Below are positions 61,899 to 64,000 of a stretch of 64,000 nucleotides of DNA, piece by piece. The notes beneath the pieces were generated by a model, which saw only the letters and a list, made by a program, of their open reading frames with translations, did no database searches and was not told the origin of the DNA. Position numbers and translations under genes: made by a program. Source of the stretch: an uncultured Chthonomonadaceae bacterium (lineage in GTDB: Bacteria > Armatimonadota > Chthonomonadetes > Chthonomonadales > Chthonomonadaceae); contig CAWFQB010000001.1 of assembly GCA_963817895.1 (NCBI GenBank), positions 608,001-672,000 on the forward strand, given 5' to 3'. Position 1 is the stretch's first letter. Each line of letters begins with the position of its first letter.

Positions 61899-62809
61899 CG
61901 GATTTGCGGATGTTTTGTCATTTGATAGAAACCGGCTCATTTTCGCGGGCAGCGGAGCGCAGTTTCGTGTCGCAGTCCGCCGTCAGTCAGCGTTTGCGGG
62001 CGATGGAGCGCGAGTTCGGGCAAACCCTACTGGATCGGGGCAAGGGCAAAGGGCGCGTGACGCCAACCGAAGCGGGCAAAGTTCTCTATGAGGGAGCCAA
62101 GCCTCTGTTGACGCAGGCGGAGGAACTGGAGATACGCCTGCGCGGGCTGAATGAGGAGGTGGGCGGAACCGTGCGCGTGGCAACCGTATATTCCGTAGGT
62201 CTTCACGCCCTGCCCGGACGCCTGAAGCCGTTTTTGGCCGCGCACCCGAAAGTGAACGTGCATCTGGAATACAGCCAGACGGCGAAAGTGGTTCAGGATG
62301 TGCTTTCGGGGGCGGTAGATGTGGGGATTGTCGCCTGCCCGACCCCGCGTACCGGTATTGAAATCCTGCCGTTCAATTCGGAAACAATGGTCGTGATTTG
62401 CGCCCCCGAACACCCGTTCGCGCAAAAGCAGGAGATTGCTCTGCGCGAATTGGAGGGGCAGTCGTTTATCGCCTTTGATGACGACATTCCCACCCGCGCC
62501 CTGATTGATGAAAAACTGCGGGAACGCAATGTCAAAGTGCAGATCATCACGTCGTATGACAACATCGAAACCCTGAAAAACATGGTGGAAATCGGCAGTG
62601 GCATCGCGCTTGTTCCCGAAGGCACGGTGAAGCAGGAGGCGCGGGACGGGCAAATCGCGGTCATCGCGCTTGTACCGGAAGACCGGTTTCAGCGTCCCGC
62701 CGGCCTGCTCGTGAAAAGCAGCAAAGTGCGCCGCGCCGCCGTCCGCGCCTTTGTCAACACGATGCGTCTGGAAGAAGACGCTTCCTCTGACACAACCGCG
62801 CACCCATGA
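61889..62809 (+). CDS. LysR family transcriptional regulator
   Basis: GSFSRAAERSFVSQSAVSQRLRAMERE; TEAG. Confidence 0.95.
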   Translation: MELTDLRMFCHLIETGSFSRAAERSFVSQSAVSQRLRAMEREFGQTLLDRGKGKGRVTPTEAGKVLYEGAKPLLTQAEELEIRLRGLNEEVGGTVRVATVYSVGLHALPGRLKPFLAAHPKVNVHLEYSQTAKVVQDVLSGAVDVGIVACPTPRTGIEILPFNSETMVVICAPEHPFAQKQEIALRELEGQSFIAFDDDIPTRALIDEKLRERNVKVQIITSYDNIETLKNMVEIGSGIALVPEGTVKQEARDGQIAVIALVPEDRFQRPAGLLVKSSKVRRAAVRAFVNTMRLEEDASSDTTAHP

Positions 62810-62935
62810 AATCAGTCTGCGTCCGCAGCTTTAAGGCTGAACAACCAGGCGTGAAGTTGCGCAAAAGCGTTATTTTTGATTTGCCAGCCACGCTTCGACA
62901 TCGGCCCACGCGCCAAAGTCGAACAAATTGGGTCT

Positions 62936-63922
62936 TCAGTCCTGCTTCGCCAGCCAGTCTTCGACTTCTGCCAGCGTCTTGAAGTCGAACAAGGCATAAC
63001 CGAGTTCATCCAACTGCGGTGCAGATAAGCCCTGTAGTCGTGTCTGCAACTTCGTGGATAGAGTGCCAAACCGACGTTGCATTTGACCAAGAAGCAGTTT
63101 TGCCTTACCTTCCTGCAAGCCTTCTTGTCGGCCTTCTTGTCGGCCTTCCGACCACCAACTGCTTACCATTTTCTCTTTCTCCTTCTCTATTTGCGGCAGT
63201 TTTGCAATTGCCTGATCATACTGACGCTGCTCCTCATTGTTAAGTCTCAAGTAGCGGTCAACAAACAGGAAAATCAATTGCGATTTGGCGGGGTCAAGTT
63301 TGAGCGTCAACAGCAGACGCAGGCATTGCAGTTTCACCTTCGGCCTGTCCGCAGGCGCAATCTTCATCTTCGCCATGAGCGCGGTCGCTGCGGGGTTGGG
63401 CTGTTTGACGTACTTGCGCCAACCGATGCGATTCAACTGAATGACGCGATACTGAAAGCGATTGACCACGAAGCCGGGGAACTCAATCACATGCTGTTTC
63501 GGCTCCGGGCGCAAAGGCGTATCGTAGGAGAAGATGACGACGGGATAGACCGGCAGATTGTACTTCTCATACAGTCGGGCGAAGTACCGGAACATGCGCT
63601 TGGGGAACCCCGATTTGGCGGTAGATTGGTTCTCGATGTGGATCAGAAAGAACGCTTCAAAGGGAGTATCTTGTGCTTGTTCTGCGGTTACTGTATTTGC
63701 AAACGCGGCAGGAATTTGCTTGAAGCGCACTTTCACGACAATATCTACCTCGTGCTTGTCGCTCGAAGCAACATCGGTAAACACCTCCTTGTCCAGAAGT
63801 TCATAGTAGGAGGTGTCTATATACGCGAACACATCCGGCAGGAACGCGGCCACGAACTCGAAAAAGAAGTTCGTCAGCAGTTCCTTGAACATTTTGTCAT
63901 GGTCTACGGTTTCGAGGTTCAT
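62936..63922 (-). CDS. Rpn-like PD-(D/E)XK protein with DUF4351 C-terminus
   Basis: HDKMFKELL, EVDIVVKV, IHIENQS, RMFRY, EGRQEGRQEG, LFDF..LAEVEDWL. Confidence 0.9.
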   Translation of the reverse strand: MNLETVDHDKMFKELLTNFFFEFVAAFLPDVFAYIDTSYYELLDKEVFTDVASSDKHEVDIVVKVRFKQIPAAFANTVTAEQAQDTPFEAFFLIHIENQSTAKSGFPKRMFRYFARLYEKYNLPVYPVVIFSYDTPLRPEPKQHVIEFPGFVVNRFQYRVIQLNRIGWRKYVKQPNPAATALMAKMKIAPADRPKVKLQCLRLLLTLKLDPAKSQLIFLFVDRYLRLNNEEQRQYDQAIAKLPQIEKEKEKMVSSWWSEGRQEGRQEGLQEGKAKLLLGQMQRRFGTLSTKLQTRLQGLSAPQLDELGYALFDFKTLAEVEDWLAKQD

Positions 63923-64000
63923 GCCAATATTGTACCCAACTGCAGTCGTCCTGCGGAATTCCTGTCAATCTTTTGCAGGCAGCAGGGAGGCGTGAAGCGC

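Overview
GC-rich bacterial chromosomal segment, most likely Armatimonadota (Chthonomonadales-like). This is inferred from the prepilin/H-X9-DG gene, DUF1501, DUF1080 and many Tat-exported glycosidases. Single-base indels break many genes, including essential-type ones such as lepA, so most frameshifts are probably long-read/assembly errors rather than pseudogenes. Housekeeping and metabolic genes (frr, uppS, lepA, sdhAB-like, LacI/LysR regulators, MATE, CLC-F fluoride antiporter, GH16 and GH42-like hydrolases) alternate with small accessory or defence islands. Highlights: (1) an IS200/IS605 (IS1341-type) tnpB element just upstream of frr. Its RNA-guided nuclease gene is split right after the RuvC-II glutamate by a bare, intron-less GIY-YIG homing endonuclease ORF that overlaps both halves at stop/start junctions. 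(2) A four-gene QueC-like candidate defence operon (MPDGD-protein, QueC/QatC-like, XRE-IrrE, PIN) whose QueC gene is cleanly interrupted by an IS630. (3) A DIP1984-like coiled-coil gene followed by a stem-closed ~160-nt candidate ncRNA that carries copies of the genome's heptamer repeats. Also present: an ABC-type ATPase + DUF3226/TOPRIM pair, an orphan terminase, a GmrSD-like nuclease next to a macrodomain gene, several TA pairs, and REP/heptamer repeats, some recruited into coding sequence.
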